Origin: Octopus vulgaris
Lineage: Eukaryota
NCBI GenBank assembly: GCA_951406725.2
Contig: OX597816.1
Location: 172,980,001 to 173,044,000 of the forward strand
DNA: 64,000 nt
Direction of reading: 5' to 3'
The notes beneath the pieces are model-generated. The model saw nothing but the letters and a program-made list of their open reading frames with translations. It was not told where the DNA came from and did not search any database. Both the position numbers and the translations under genes were made by a program. The first letter of the stretch is position 1, and the number at the start of each line of letters is the position of its first letter. Shown here piece by piece: positions 25,963 to 39,260 of the stretch.

Positions 25963-26842
25963 GTAGAATGTAGAAATATTGAAAACAGCAATGACAACCA
26001 TTCCACTTTCAGTTGCAAAAGTAAGAATTGTTTACCAAGTCTTCCTTAGCTTTTCGATGGCAGCAACCAATTTCGCATGTACGTTTGCCAACTGTAGTGA
26101 CTTGAGTGACTGAAGTCAAATGCCTTTCTGTAATCAGGACTAAATCGCCACAAGACTTCTACAGTGTTTTCTAATTTCAAACAGTACAGTTTGATTTAAC
26201 AAAAATGGTTCGATGCATCCCCACATCCTCCCCTGTTCGTCAATCGTCAGAGAAATTATTTCAGGCAGCTTACGTATAGTTTGTATATGATATGAACACA
26301 AGGGCACAAGGGTAGAAGGTTTGATCGTGTAATAACAAACCAGTTCAGTTTGTCATTCTGGCCTTCCATAGATTTTTGAAATATTTGTATAAGATGCATT
26401 CTATAATACATGTGTATAACACATTCATTAACAATGTAAGTTTGACCAGTATTCAAATGAGGAGGGACAGCCTTAAATTTCTATTGGATATTTTTAAGTT
26501 GGTCAAGTAAGGAATCAACATATAGGTTAAACAGAAAGCGTCCTCATTCCTTAGAGTCTTTCTTTTATTCTTTCCTTTTTCTAGGATCGAATTGCGATAA
26601 ATGACCAGAGACTTCGTGATTGCGTGATTTCACCAGTGGGTTCGTTAACGGCTCGTTAAAATAAATTGACGAGTAATCGCAGCTCTAGGGGGTCCTTTTT
26701 GACTATTTCTAGTCATTCGGGGCTTACGTTCCGTCCAGGAATGACCGCTGGTCATTTACATGTGTGAAAAGGTCGAATCCTAATCCCAAATAATTAAATG
26801 CATAACTATATATACGTACAAACACACAAACACACACACGCA

Positions 26843-26902
<60 letters not shown>

Positions 26903-27415
26903 TACGCATGCGTAAACATATACACTCATAAATATATATTGAGAAAAAAAGCGGAAAGAAAGATAGAAAGGACCATCGTAAGATAAACGGCGAGGTATAA
27001 AGGGAGACGAAAGGGACTAGAAAAGGGGATGGATGGAGTGAAATATTGTTGTGGATCAAGTATCAACTGAAAACTATTCGATATCTGCTGCATAGTCATT
27101 TGACACTCTACTGGGATGCAACTTTGACCAACACCACCACTACGTACTGCCACCTCTGCTCTCGTTGATCCCTATTCACTAAAGCTGTAAACAGCTGATA
27201 ATGGTTGTTGTGATGGTGTTGGTGGTGCAGAGAGGGAAGGCCTGTAGTGAAGAAGGTTGGAGAATGCAGAGAGGGGGAAAAAGAAGGAGAGTGGGAGAGG
27301 TAAGAGGAAAAAAGATGAAGAGAGTTAAACGGTGTATGGTAAAACTAATGTCAACGGGATAAATTTGCTGTTTACATATGTATTTATGTATGTAATAATA
27401 TAATATATATATATG

Positions 27416-27462
<47 letters not shown>

Positions 27463-27467
<5 letters not shown>

Positions 27468-27775
27468 AATCAAGGAACGGCCATAATAGGCCATTCACCC
27501 ACTAGAAATAACAGCCAAAGCTTTAACCGCAAAATAACATTAATACCGTAAACCAGGAGAAAATTGAAAAACTTTTACCTTTTTCAATTTTCTCCTGGTT
27601 TACGGTATTAATGTTATTTTGCGGTTAAACTTTTGGCTGTTATTTCTAGTGGGTGAATGCTATTATGGCCGTTCCTTGATTGTGATGTTGAACGTAAAAA
27701 TGGTTTATGACTATTTAATTTTTCCTACTAGGCCGCTGGTGGCAAAAGAATTCTACAAAATTTTTTTTGCCACCC
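27463..27775. mobile_element. Fold-back element: arms of about 108 bp, 8-nt loop, tail of about 90 bp, inside (TA)n
   Basis: 27463-27571 is the reverse complement of 27580-27686. The tail ends in a GGTGGCAAAA/TTTTGCCACC hairpin. Confidence 0.8.
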
Positions 27776-27808
27776 TATATTGATTAAATATATATATATA
27801 TATATATA

Positions 27809-27995
27809 TATTAGAAGAAATGAGGTACTCAGAAAATCGGATGGTTTATATTTACAGTTATTTATTTGTATATTACATTTTTTTTATATATATATCATAT
27901 CACTTAGATCATTAGCGCTTTCTCCCATTCTAGTGGGGTTTTCAAATCAAACTAAGTTCCTGTGTGAGGAGTTTTGACCATTTTATAGAGTTTTC
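27809..27995 (-). mobile_element. Solo arm of the 6401 family, with a UUGAAAA hammerhead at 27908-27950
   Basis: Aligns with 6401-6577. Core TTGAAAA, stem II and GAAAGCGCTA are retained. Confidence 0.82.
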
Positions 27996-28103
27996 ATATA
28001 TATATATATATGTGTGTGTCTATCTCCTTACCTTCTTGGAGATTTTCGATAAAATTATTTTAATGTATCCATCTGTTTTAATTTAATTAAATTCTATGTC
28101 TTT

Positions 28104-28191
28104 ATGCAGCTGAGGATTGCTCTGCATTTAAATTGATGTAATGAATGCATTGTTCAATCAAATGGAGTTGCTTGAGATGATCGTACTGCAT
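28104..28191 (+). ncRNA. Degenerate hammerhead in pLTR-like element 28020-28310
   Basis: ATGCAG-CTGAGGA-(long stem II)-GAGA-TGATCG-TA-CTGCAT. Perfect 6-bp stem I; GAAA mutated. Confidence 0.55.
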
Positions 28192-28327
28192 TACCTCTGG
28201 ATATCCTTCTTGCTTATTTCGATTTTAATCACTTCATTTTGAAATTGTATGGATAATACCGTACAAATTCTGGTGCCTCAACTTAAATACCATATTCATC
28301 TGAATATATTTATATATATATATATAT

Positions 28328-28464
<137 letters not shown>

Positions 28465-28582
28465 TGGATACAGGACGGATATCCATTTATTTCATGTGTA
28501 AATGACTACAAATATTTCTGCTGATGTAGGTTATAAGTCTTTTGTGGTATGTTTGTTTTTGTGTTTTGCTTCCTGTTTACGC

Positions 28583-28669
<87 letters not shown>

Positions 28670-28972
28670 TGTATGTATGTATGTATGTATGCATGCATGC
28701 ATGCATGTATGTATGTATGTATGTATGTATGTATGTATGTATGTATGTATGTATGTATGCATGCATGCATGTATGCATGTATGTATGTATGTATGTATGT
28801 ATGCATGTATGTATGTATGTATGTATGTATGTATGTATGTATTTGTAATATAATATGTGACAATTATTCGGTTGCCACGATAAAATTCCGAGTTTCGGAT
28901 GTCTGGGCAGAAACTTGTAACGGCATATATATATGTATATGTATATATATATATATTTATATATATACATAT

Positions 28973-29052
<80 letters not shown>

Positions 29053-29155
29053 TTAGATAGATAGATAAAACTTACTTAGAAATGGATGCGTGCGTTCCGT
29101 CATATAATAACAAATTAATAAATAAAACATATGCATATATTTATATTTATATTTA

Positions 29156-29215
<60 letters not shown>

Positions 29216-30384
29216 CTTGAAAATTACCAACCGGTTGATTGGCAGGGAGCCGCACTCCGACATAACCTCTGATATGCTGTATACACTTTCTCTATCTTTT
29301 CTACAACAATCGTGCTCTCTGCACTACGGAGCAGTTTGATGTAGTGCCACCTCAGTCACTCCAGACTTCCTCAACTCTCTTCTCACCACCCATATTGTGT
29401 CCCCGACTAGGCATTGCACAAGTCCTTCCTCTGTTACCCCACCTCTAGCACATCGGCTTTTAGGAATACCACCTCTTCACAAGCTTCCTGCAAACGTCAA
29501 CTTGCAAACTATTCAAGAAGAAAATTAACAACATAATTCTCAACAGAAACGGATGATCTACGAAAGCCATCAACACAGACCCTTCATCCAGTCCAGTATA
29601 GTAAAAACAAACAAATCAGTAAAGGATACAATACCAAATATATATGAAGGTTTATGCAGGAGGATACCACATGTAAATAGAGCAAATAAATTGCGGTCGC
29701 ACTCGCGCATACATATATGAACGCACAAACGGAGACTACGCTTGCTCATAGTCTAAGAATTTGTGTAGGTGGCACATCCAGGGCACCTGCCTGTTATCTG
29801 TAGTCACAGCATACTTAGTCTATCATGCGGCTCTGCTAGTAGCTGATCGACGGCCCGACTAGTGGAATACGTTCCAGGAAGCAAAACCAGCAAATGTTTT
29901 AATGTAATGATACTATAGTTAGGACAAAGCACGACAGTAATTGATAAGAGAGACAATGTAAACGTTCATAACCTTTGCTCAAGTTTTCAAGGATAGCTTT
30001 CCCTCAGCTCATTTCTAGGTAAGACTGGCCTTCCTGCTCGTTATCTTGTCCTAGATCCAATCCTCGTGGAAGCTGAAATTGAACCAGAACCCGAACGGTT
30101 TAACCGGAGTCAGCTAAGTATTCTACGATAGTGTATCGTGCGTATATGTTTGTATGCGTGCTTATTTCATTGTATGAGCGTGCTTTTATGCTTGTCCACT
30201 CCCCACCGCTTGATAACCGTTGTTGGTTTGTTTACATCTCGTAAAGTAAAGGTTCGAGAAAAGAAACCGATAAAATAAGTGCTAGATGTAAAATGTAAGT
30301 GCTGATGTGAAGTAAACCCTTCAAGGAAGAGCCGCAGTCCAATAACGAATACAAGCAAACAATGAAAAATATACGTTAATGTAT

Positions 30385-31560
30385 ATAGAATTAATTAAGA
30401 TTCAGTTGAATTAGGTACTTAAGTTGGGGCACCGAGTCTGTCTGGTATTATCTGCACAGCTCGAAATAAGGTGAATAAAAAGCAAATAAGTAACAAGGAT
30501 GCTAAGGATGCATTACGGCCGTTTCAGGCGGCTTCATTTAATCGAACAATGCAAGCGCTACATCAATTTGAAATACATCACCTTCTTTGGATGCATAAGG
30601 TCATACAGGTTTTCAGGATACAGGATACTCTGTTATAATCTTTAGCAAATATTTCATCAGAACTAGAGAGTAAGTGAATTACATGCTAGCTGATTTAATT
30701 GTAGCAGAATGAACTTAGGGAGAAAATACCCCAACTATAATTTGGAGTGGCAGAAGAGAATAACAGTGGGGGTCATGAGATGGTAGTATAGCTACAATTT
30801 TATCACAGTCAAAAGGTATAATGCAGCTAGTATACTACATCCACTAAAAATTAAAACCACTTGGAGCTGACAGTTAAGTTCTAGCTGATGATGATAAATT
30901 AATTACAGACAGATACTCTCCCAAACCCCTAATTTACTATGGCTATAAATTCCATATGACCACATAAAGAAACAAATCTCAGAAGAAGTCAGTAAGATTG
31001 TGGTAAATGCCCAGAATGAGGGTGGGTAGGGGTGACATAAACTATTTTATTATTATCAGTTAAAGGAGCCTAAAATAGAAAACAAAGGACATCACAACGA
31101 GATAAATGGGCATTGAGGGTAGAGGGGGAAAATATAACCAAAATTTAGCAAAATTGATATATTGTTATATTATATATAAAAAAATTTTTTAAATTAAATT
31201 TAGAAACGGATATAAAGATCAAGTAAGATGAGAAGGATATATAAACCAATTTAAGCCCTAAAAAAGTAGAGTACTTTTATATGATAGAATCTTCATAATA
31301 GTTCGTCCTAGCAAACTTTAAGGTGGTCATGATAAAACCATTCAAACAATGAACCCTAATTGCATTAAGCTTTCATCCGAGAAAGAGGGACACATTTTCT
31401 ATTGACTGAAAACCAGGGATTAAAGGCAAGAAAAAAAATTAGATTATTTGTTCAATAACAGATAAACTTATTTAAAAATATAATCATATAAAAAAATTCT
31501 AACATTGTGAAAAAATTTTAAAGGATGTAAGGATATAAGAAAAAATATAAAAATATGACA
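30385..31560 (-). mobile_element. Decayed pLTR-bearing element related to 28020-28310
   Basis: The minus-strand 3' part shares ataatacc..ggtgcc.caacttaa.tacc..ttca.ctgaat with 28250-28305. The 5' boundary is uncertain. Confidence 0.5.
30508..30596 (-). ncRNA. Degenerate hammerhead (same family as 28104)
   Basis: ATGCAT-CCAAAGA-AGGTG...CGCCT-GAAA-CGGCCG-TA-ATGCAT. Confidence 0.55.
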
Positions 31561-31952
31561 TATATATATATAGATATATAATTATAATTAAGGGTTAAAT
31601 CCATACCGTTAAATCTACTAAGTGAAATTGATTAATTTTATTAAATTAATTATATTCCACCCTTTATTGTATATAGATATATATATAAGTATGGCATATA
31701 TATACACAAAAATATCATATATACATATATTATAAATATATAGATATATGCATATATACGTGCATACCTACATATATATGTATTTATGTACATACCTACA
31801 TATATATGTATATATATATGCATATATGAGTACACAAAAATATCATATATACATATATTATAAATATATAGATATATGCATATATACGTGCATACCTACA
31901 AGGAACATTCCCCTTCTTCAGCTGCCCCTGTTTCGACTCATTGCGTGTTTCG

Positions 31953-32002
<50 letters not shown>

Positions 32003-32240
32003 TTCGTGAGTTGAGTTGACCAAACACTATACGAGAGAGATTTTCTTTAAGTATTAGAAATGGTTTTTAAAAAGTTTTTTAGCTGCTATTTCTAATGAGT
32101 TCAGTATGCGGCAAAGTAATTTATTTTACTAAGCCCTTTTATATATTGTAATAATTTGAATTCGCCTTAAATGGTCCCTTTGCATACTGAACACTTGGTG
32201 AAATTAATTAATAATTAATTAATTTTACCCTCAATTGTTG

Positions 32241-32335
<95 letters not shown>

Positions 32336-32337
32336 AG

Positions 32338-32396
<59 letters not shown>

Positions 32397-32603
32397 AATA
32401 TATTATAACAATAAAATATTGTTATAAATAACTAAAAATATATAAATGTAAATACCATATTGTATTATATCTTACCATCATTAACTGCAGAGAAAAGTCC
32501 TCCGCAAATCATAGAATGTTACACCAGTATATTACAAAATACTAAAATTTAATAGTATAATATAACATAAACTAAAAGAATAAATAAAATACACCAAAAT
32601 ATA

Positions 32604-33215
32604 TTAGGTCTCAAGTATGAAATTTCTAGTAAGGGATATGGTAAACTTTGACAGCTGCTCATTTTGCGCCAATATTATAGTTTGACAATCTTTATTTTTT
32701 GTTAGAAAGCTGACACATCTATTTCTTTAACTCATTTTACGCTTTATAAAGTATTTACAAATAGTTTTATGGTATTTTTGTTTAGAGATGGATAAGTCGG
32801 AAATTCGTACAGTTTTGAAAATATGAGTCCTTTCTTGGAAATACAGCATCACAGACAGTTCAGAATATTAATGGATTATTTCATTCTAATGTTAATACAC
32901 AGCAGACAGTATCAAATTGGTTTGCAAAATTTCGTTCTTGTAACTTTGTCCTCACAAATGAGCAACGCGTTCGACCAGAAACAAAGGTGGATAATGACGA
33001 ACTGAAAGCCACCGTCGAGTCAGATCCATCTTAAAGGGTCCGTGAGTTATCGTTGTTGTTTGGTGTTAGCAAGCAAATAATATTGACTCACCTAGTTCAA
33101 ATCGGTAAAGTGAAAAAGTTTGGATAAGTAGGTTCCACCTGAACTCAAAGAAAATCAGAAGCAGCAATGTTTGGAAGCCTGCATTATGCTACTTTCTCGT
33201 GTCAAAAATGAATCA
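32604..33215 (+). mobile_element. mariner-type DNA transposon, 5' half with decayed transposase
   Basis: TA|TTAGGTC terminus. ATG at 32788 gives MDKSEIRTVLKYE; then WFAKFRS..RPETKVDNDELKATVESDP and HLVQIGKVKK..VPPEL (WVPHEL-like). Confidence 0.85.
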
Positions 33216-33798
33216 TATATACATACGATACATTATTCACCGTAGCCTTAGTTTTTAGAATCTAGAATCTTATGACTAAACCAAGCAAGCTAACCCTCAG
33301 CATATCCATTTGACAATGCTGGTTTGCATAAAGTAAATTTGGAAGTAGTAATACATGGCCTATCGTTTATCGACTGGTCTTTCACAGACACTTCTTCAGG
33401 TAACGAAGCAACTTGGCAGATATTTGACTGCATCAATATATGTTCAAGTCCCTCAAAAACACGTGTTGTGGAAAACTGACGTACGCTCTCAAGCAAGAGA
33501 AAATCTTTGTGAGGAATATATAAAATTGAATAAAAATCAATCAACTAGAATACTACCAACAGCGGCAGCCTCATTCGATAGGAATAACAACTTTCGAATT
33601 GAAAACTATCGTCTTCAGGACAGAATGGAAACTGTAAAGATTGACAATCAAATGCCACCGAAAACTGTTTGTTCTAGTCTTTTCCCAGACAGAACAGAGC
33701 CCTTTCTTTCACCCATTGATTGACTGATTGATAAAAACAACACTGGGATGCCTAACAAATTGGTGAGATTCTACAGAAATAAAACAGAAATAAAATAA

Positions 33799-34395
33799 AG
33801 CAGCGAGCTGGCAGAAACGTTAGCACGCCAGGCGAAATGCGTAGCCGTATTTCGTCTGCCGTTACGTTCTGAGTTCAAATTCCACTGAGGTCGACTTTGC
33901 CTTTCATCGTTTCGGGGTCAATTAAATTAGTACCAGTTACGCACTGGGTCGATATAATTGACTTAATCCGTTTGTGTGTCCTTATTTGTCCTCTCTGTGT
34001 TTAGTCCCTTGTGGGTAGTAAAGAAATAGGTATTTCGTCTTCCGTTACGTTCTGAGTTCAAATTCCGCCGAGGTCGACTTTGCCTTTCATCCTTTCGTGG
34101 TCGATAAATTAAGTACCAGTTACGCACTGGGGTCGATGTAATCGTCTTAATCCCTTTGTCTGTCCTTGTTTGTCCCCTCTGTTTTTAGCCTCTTGTGGGT
34201 AGTAAAGAAATAGGTATTTCGTCTTCCGTTACGTTCTGAGTTCAAATTCCGCCGAGGTCGACTTTGCCTTTCATCCTTTCGTGGTCGATAAATTAAGTAC
34301 CAGTTACACACTGGGGTCGATGTAATCGACTTAATCCCTTTGTCTGTCCTTGTTTGTCCCCTCTGTGTTTAACCTCTTGTGAGCAATAAAGAAAC
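33799..34395 (+). mobile_element. SINE family B head-to-tail trimer
   Basis: One full unit plus two units of about 183 bp, each starting at GTATTTCGTC. AGAAATAAAAC occurs on both sides (TSD-like). Confidence 0.9.
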
Positions 34396-34721
34396 AAGAA
34401 ATAAAACTGCTCTGTCTTCAATGATCCCACTTTTGTTGACTTCAATATTATCATTGAAGACAACCTCTTAACTAATAATCTACGCTGCTTAAGTTGGTGT
34501 TAACATCTCCTTTGGAATTCTCTACTCATTTCGTCAACAAATATGGTGGAATCCTTGATTTGCTGAGGATGTCTAATACACCGGAACATGCCCGATGTTG
34601 TCTTCCAATGGCTAATATTAATTATTTCTAATTCGTTTTCGAATGATCTCTGCATTAAATGTTGACATGAACTACGTTACATGAAGAAAGAGCTTCTCAC
34701 TATTTTGCCTGTCTCTCAAGG

Positions 34722-35432
34722 CAGAAATAAAATAAAGCAGCGAGCTGGCAGAAACGTTAGCACGCCAGGCGAAATGCGTAGCCGTATTTCGTCTGCCGTT
34801 ACGTTCTGAGTTCAAATTCCACTGAGGTCGACTTTGCCTTTCATCGTTTCGGGGTCAATTAAATTAGTACCAGTTACGCACTGGGTCGATATAATTGACT
34901 TAATCCGTTTGTGTGTCCTTATTTGTCCTCTCTGTGTTTAGTCCCTTGTGGGTAGTAAAGAACAGGTATTTCGTCTTCCGTTACGTTCTTGAGTTCAAAT
35001 TCCGCTGAGGTCGACTTTGCCTTTCATCCTTTCGTGGTCGATAAATTAAGTACCAGTTACGCACTGGGGTCGATGTAATCGTCTTAATCCCTTTGTCTGT
35101 CCTTGTTTGTCCCCTCTGTTTTTAGCCTCTTGTGGGTAGTAAAGAAATAGGTATTTCGTCTTCCGTTACGTTCTGAGTTCAAATTCCGCCGAGGTCGACT
35201 TTGCCTTTCATCCTTTCGGGGTCGATAAATTAAGTACCAGTTACGCACTGGGGTCGATGTAATCGACTTAATCCCTTTGTTTGTTTGTCCCCTTTATGTT
35301 TAGCCCCTTCTGAGCAATAAAGAAACAAGAAATAAAACTGCTCTGTCTTCAATGATCCCACTTATGTTGACTTCTATATTATCATTGAAGACAACCTCTT
35401 AACTAATCTACGCTGCTTAAGTTGGTGTTAAC
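34722..35432 (+). repeat. Near-identical duplicate of 33785-34504 (SINE B trimer plus 3' flank)
   Basis: Shared diagnostic variants and shared unique flank gatcccactt..aagttggtgttaac. Confidence 0.88.
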
Positions 35433-35771
35433 TCTCTCTCTCTTTCTCTTGAAGTGTGTAGTTAACAATCAGATTCAAGAATTTCCCATTCGGTGTCTGC
35501 TGCAAGTGACTCTAATGAAACACATTAATTAAAGATGAATAATTCAGTGTCAATAAGCTGGAAGAGGGTCACGTGAAACAAAAAAAGAAAAGAAAGAAAC
35601 AAGGCAAAAACAAAACAAATTCCCAGCTCTGTGTTTAACATCTCAGCCACGTGACCAACAACAGATCGAGAATCTTCCATACATTCACGACTTCAATGGA
35701 AACAGCTTTAACTAAGTTTCTGTTTCCGTATGTGTAATTGTATAAGTGTGTGGATGTCTGAATGTGTAAGG

Positions 35772-35774
<3 letters not shown>

Positions 35775-35838
<64 letters not shown>

Positions 35839-35886
35839 TGTGTGTGTGTATGTGTGTGTGTGTGTATGTGTGTGTGTGTGTGTGTT

Positions 35887-35984
<98 letters not shown>

Positions 35985-36210
35985 CTTACTCTCTCCCCCT
36001 CACAATTATTCTCCCTCCTCTCCTTCTATCTCTTAGCCTTTCCTCTCTCTCTCTCTCTCCCTTCTCTCCCCCTCTCTCTCTCCCTCTCTTTCTCTTCTTA
36101 CTCTATCCCCCTCACAATTATTCTCCCTCCTCTCCTTCTATCTCTTAGCCTTTCCTCTCTCTCTCTCCCTTCTCTCCCCCTCTCTCTCTCCCTCTCTTTC
36201 TCTTCTTACT
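35775..36210. repeat. (TG)n followed by a pyrimidine-rich tandem duplication of about 112 bp
   Basis: cccctcacaattattctccctcctctccttctatctcttagcc occurs twice. Confidence 0.85.
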
Positions 36211-36670
36211 CCATTGTTAGAATAGTAGTGGTAGTGGTGGTATCTCTTAGTGGTGGTGGTGGTGGTGGTGGTGGTGGTGGTGGTGGTGGTGGTGGTGGTT
36301 CGTGTGTCCCGGTGTTTGTCGGATTTCTGATCTTATTGTTGTTGTTGTTTTTGTTGTTTCTTTTTACATGGTTATTTGGGTTTGGGTCTCCTTCTATGGT
36401 TGCGCGGTCGTGGAGGTGCCGGTGGGGGGTGACTCTACTGACGGTTAGTGGCGTTTCTTGTTAGGGTTAAATCCGAAATCACGAGGAACTTAGTGATTGC
36501 TCGCCTTGAGCTACACACACAAACACGCATCAACAAATTCACATGCACTTGTCTCCTGCCCTTATACTAGGATCTATTGAATCGACAGGGTACATGATCA
36601 CCCTGTCTACTCATATTGATTGCCACTATGCCGGTTTCACTTGGCCGGTACCTATGTACAGTATGTATAA

Positions 36671-36900
36671 GGTGGCGAGCTGGCAGAAGCGTTAGCACGT
36701 TGGGCGAAATGCATAGCGGTATTTCGTCTGTCTTTACGTTCTGAGTTCAAATTCCGCCGAGGTCGACTTTGCCTTTCATCCTTTAGGGGTCGATTAAATA
36801 AGCACCAGTTACGCACTGGGGTCGATATAATCAGCTTAATTCGTTTGTCTGTCCTTGTTTCTCCTCTGTGTTTAGCCCCTTGTGGGTAGTAAAGAAATAG
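36671..36900 (+). mobile_element. SINE family B, full length, with 16-bp TSD
   Basis: TSD GGTACCTATGTACAGT at 36647-36662 and 36900-36915. A box TGGCAGAAGCGTTAG, B box GAGTTCAAATTCC. Confidence 0.93.
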
Positions 36901-37894
36901 GTACCTATGTACAGTTTGATGCACTGTTGCAGCTGGGAATTTTGCTTTCAATATGTGCTACGTCTGTGAACTTTAACTGTGTTTCCCTAGAGGTGGTTTC
37001 AAATCTTGCTAATTTGGATCCATATGTAAGCTGTGCTGTAGAACCAAATTGCCATTAGTTGGGTTGTATAGGTCTGTGAAGTGCAGCTTTTTTGTTACCT
37101 ACTTAACAGTTAGGCGAATTGGCCAAAGCTAGACACTTCCCTCCTTTGTGATATCTAGTGATAAACAAATGGTCTCATTATATTTTCGATTTATAATTAT
37201 CCTAACTAAATAAGTAAGTAAATGGATCTCCGTCGATTTCTACAATGAGGATTCAATCCTTCGATGAACTGAACAACCTGAATTAATGCATGATTGGCTG
37301 AATAGTTTCTTTGACACTGGTATCATTAAGGTAATCCACCGGTAAAATCAGTAGGATCCAGCCGGGCCTTTGAATAACAGACAATCTTACTGTTGGGCTC
37401 CCATCTAATCAGTTTCATTCACAGAGCAGTGGGATCGAACCTAATACCTCATGATTGTGAAGCAAACTACTAACCATTCGGCCGCGATACGTTCTATATT
37501 GATTTAGATAGAATTATTTAGAACTGGGCAACATAATTGTGTGTGATACAAAGTTAAATGAGGTTAACAGCGAGCATCAAGAAGCCGCACCACATTTATA
37601 GTTACTTCATAGAGTTCCATGGAATGGATTAATTAAGGCTGTAAATCGTATCTAAGTTTGTTACTAATTATAGGTAAGTGGGTAGTTCTATTTACAGGAA
37701 GGTGATTTGTCATGGACATAGTATAGAAGTCATATCAAGAATCGAACTTCGCATAGCCCGATGTCCTAGCAATTACACCAGCTGCTGTTCTCTTGAACTA
37801 CACATAGAGTTTATTTTAACAATATGTTTGAGAAACTAGTGTATGGTCAGTATGTAGAGAGCTGTATAAGAGGAGGAGTGATGATGGTGGTGGT

Positions 37895-37992
37895 GAAGAA
37901 GAAGAAGAAGAAGAAGAAGAAGAAGAAGAAGAAGAAGAAGAAGAAGAAGAAGAAGAAGAAGAAGAAGAAGAAGAAGAAGAAGAAGAAGAAGA
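37895..37992. repeat. (GAA)n microsatellite
   Basis: Direct observation. Confidence 0.97.
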
Positions 37993-38292
37993 GGTGGTGG
38001 TGCAAGAGAAGACAGAAGAGAGTTATGGAGGTTACGATGTGAGAATGAATGAAAGTGTGCGGCAAATGTACAAACAACTTCATGGTTGACAGAATCTTAC
38101 AAAATTATTAGCCAGAAGCGTTTAGATGTAAGAAATATGGTTACAAGCGATTGCGTTGGAACGCTTCGCTATTCTTTGATTTGGCAGAGATTCTACTGCT
38201 ATAACTATTGTTCTCGTTTCATCCGAGAAGAGACAAGCGAAACCTTTCTGGCATCCCATTGGTTTTGTCTTCTACTAATATAAATCATATGC

Positions 38293-38478
<186 letters not shown>

Positions 38479-39047
38479 TGTATGTATGTATGTATGTATG
38501 TATGTATGTATGTATGTGTGTGTGTATTATGTATAAATGAGTGTATGCATGTGTATATGCAAGTGCGCCAATAGTTAAGCATGAATATAAGTGCATATGT
38601 GTTTAAACACACACGCACACACACACACACACTTATAAATATATATATATATACACATAGATACCTTCATACATTCATACATACGCATACAAGCACTCAC
38701 ACACAAACCCTGATATACACAAATTCTTTTCCCTTTAGGTGTATATAGAGACGTGGCTGTAAGTAAAGAGTAAACTCACGTTGTTGTTTCAATTAACTGC
38801 TAAACCATTTCAGTAGTTATTAACCTTACATCTCATAAGTTATTAACCCAGCAACATCATATGTTTATTATGTTATAAACTTGTACTGTATCATATATCT
38901 AGATATAGTGAAGTCGCACAGCAATCGTATGTAGTCATATATACGAGCTAAGAAGAAACTCAGAAATCATTTGAATATGGATACATTTGTTCGGCTTCGC
39001 AGGCGTCTTGCGAGAGATTCCTTTCTCTTGTACTTTTCCATCATAAG

Positions 39048-39260
39048 TACAAGGCCTAAAATTTGGTGGAAGGGATGCTAGTCGGTTACATCGACCCCAG
39101 TACGTGACTAGTACTTTACTTATTTTATCGACCCCGAAATGATGAAAGTCAAAGATGACTTCAACGGGATTTGAACTCGGAACGTAAAGACGGACGAAAT
39201 GCTGGCGAGTATTTTGTCTGGTGTGTTAACGATTCTGTTAACAAACCAGACTCGCCGCCT
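39048..39260 (-). mobile_element. SINE family B, diverged
   Basis: tcgaccccag..ttatcgaccccgaa..atttgaactcggaacgtaaagacggacgaaat. Confidence 0.78.

Noticed and set aside
33290-33723. Overlapping 84- and 122-aa ORFs of normal complexity
   Set aside because: No recognisable motif or splice structure; probably a decayed repeat.
33799-35325. Regularly repeated units suggestive of a CRISPR-like array
   Set aside because: Units are whole SINE bodies with no unique spacers; eukaryotic context and no cas genes.
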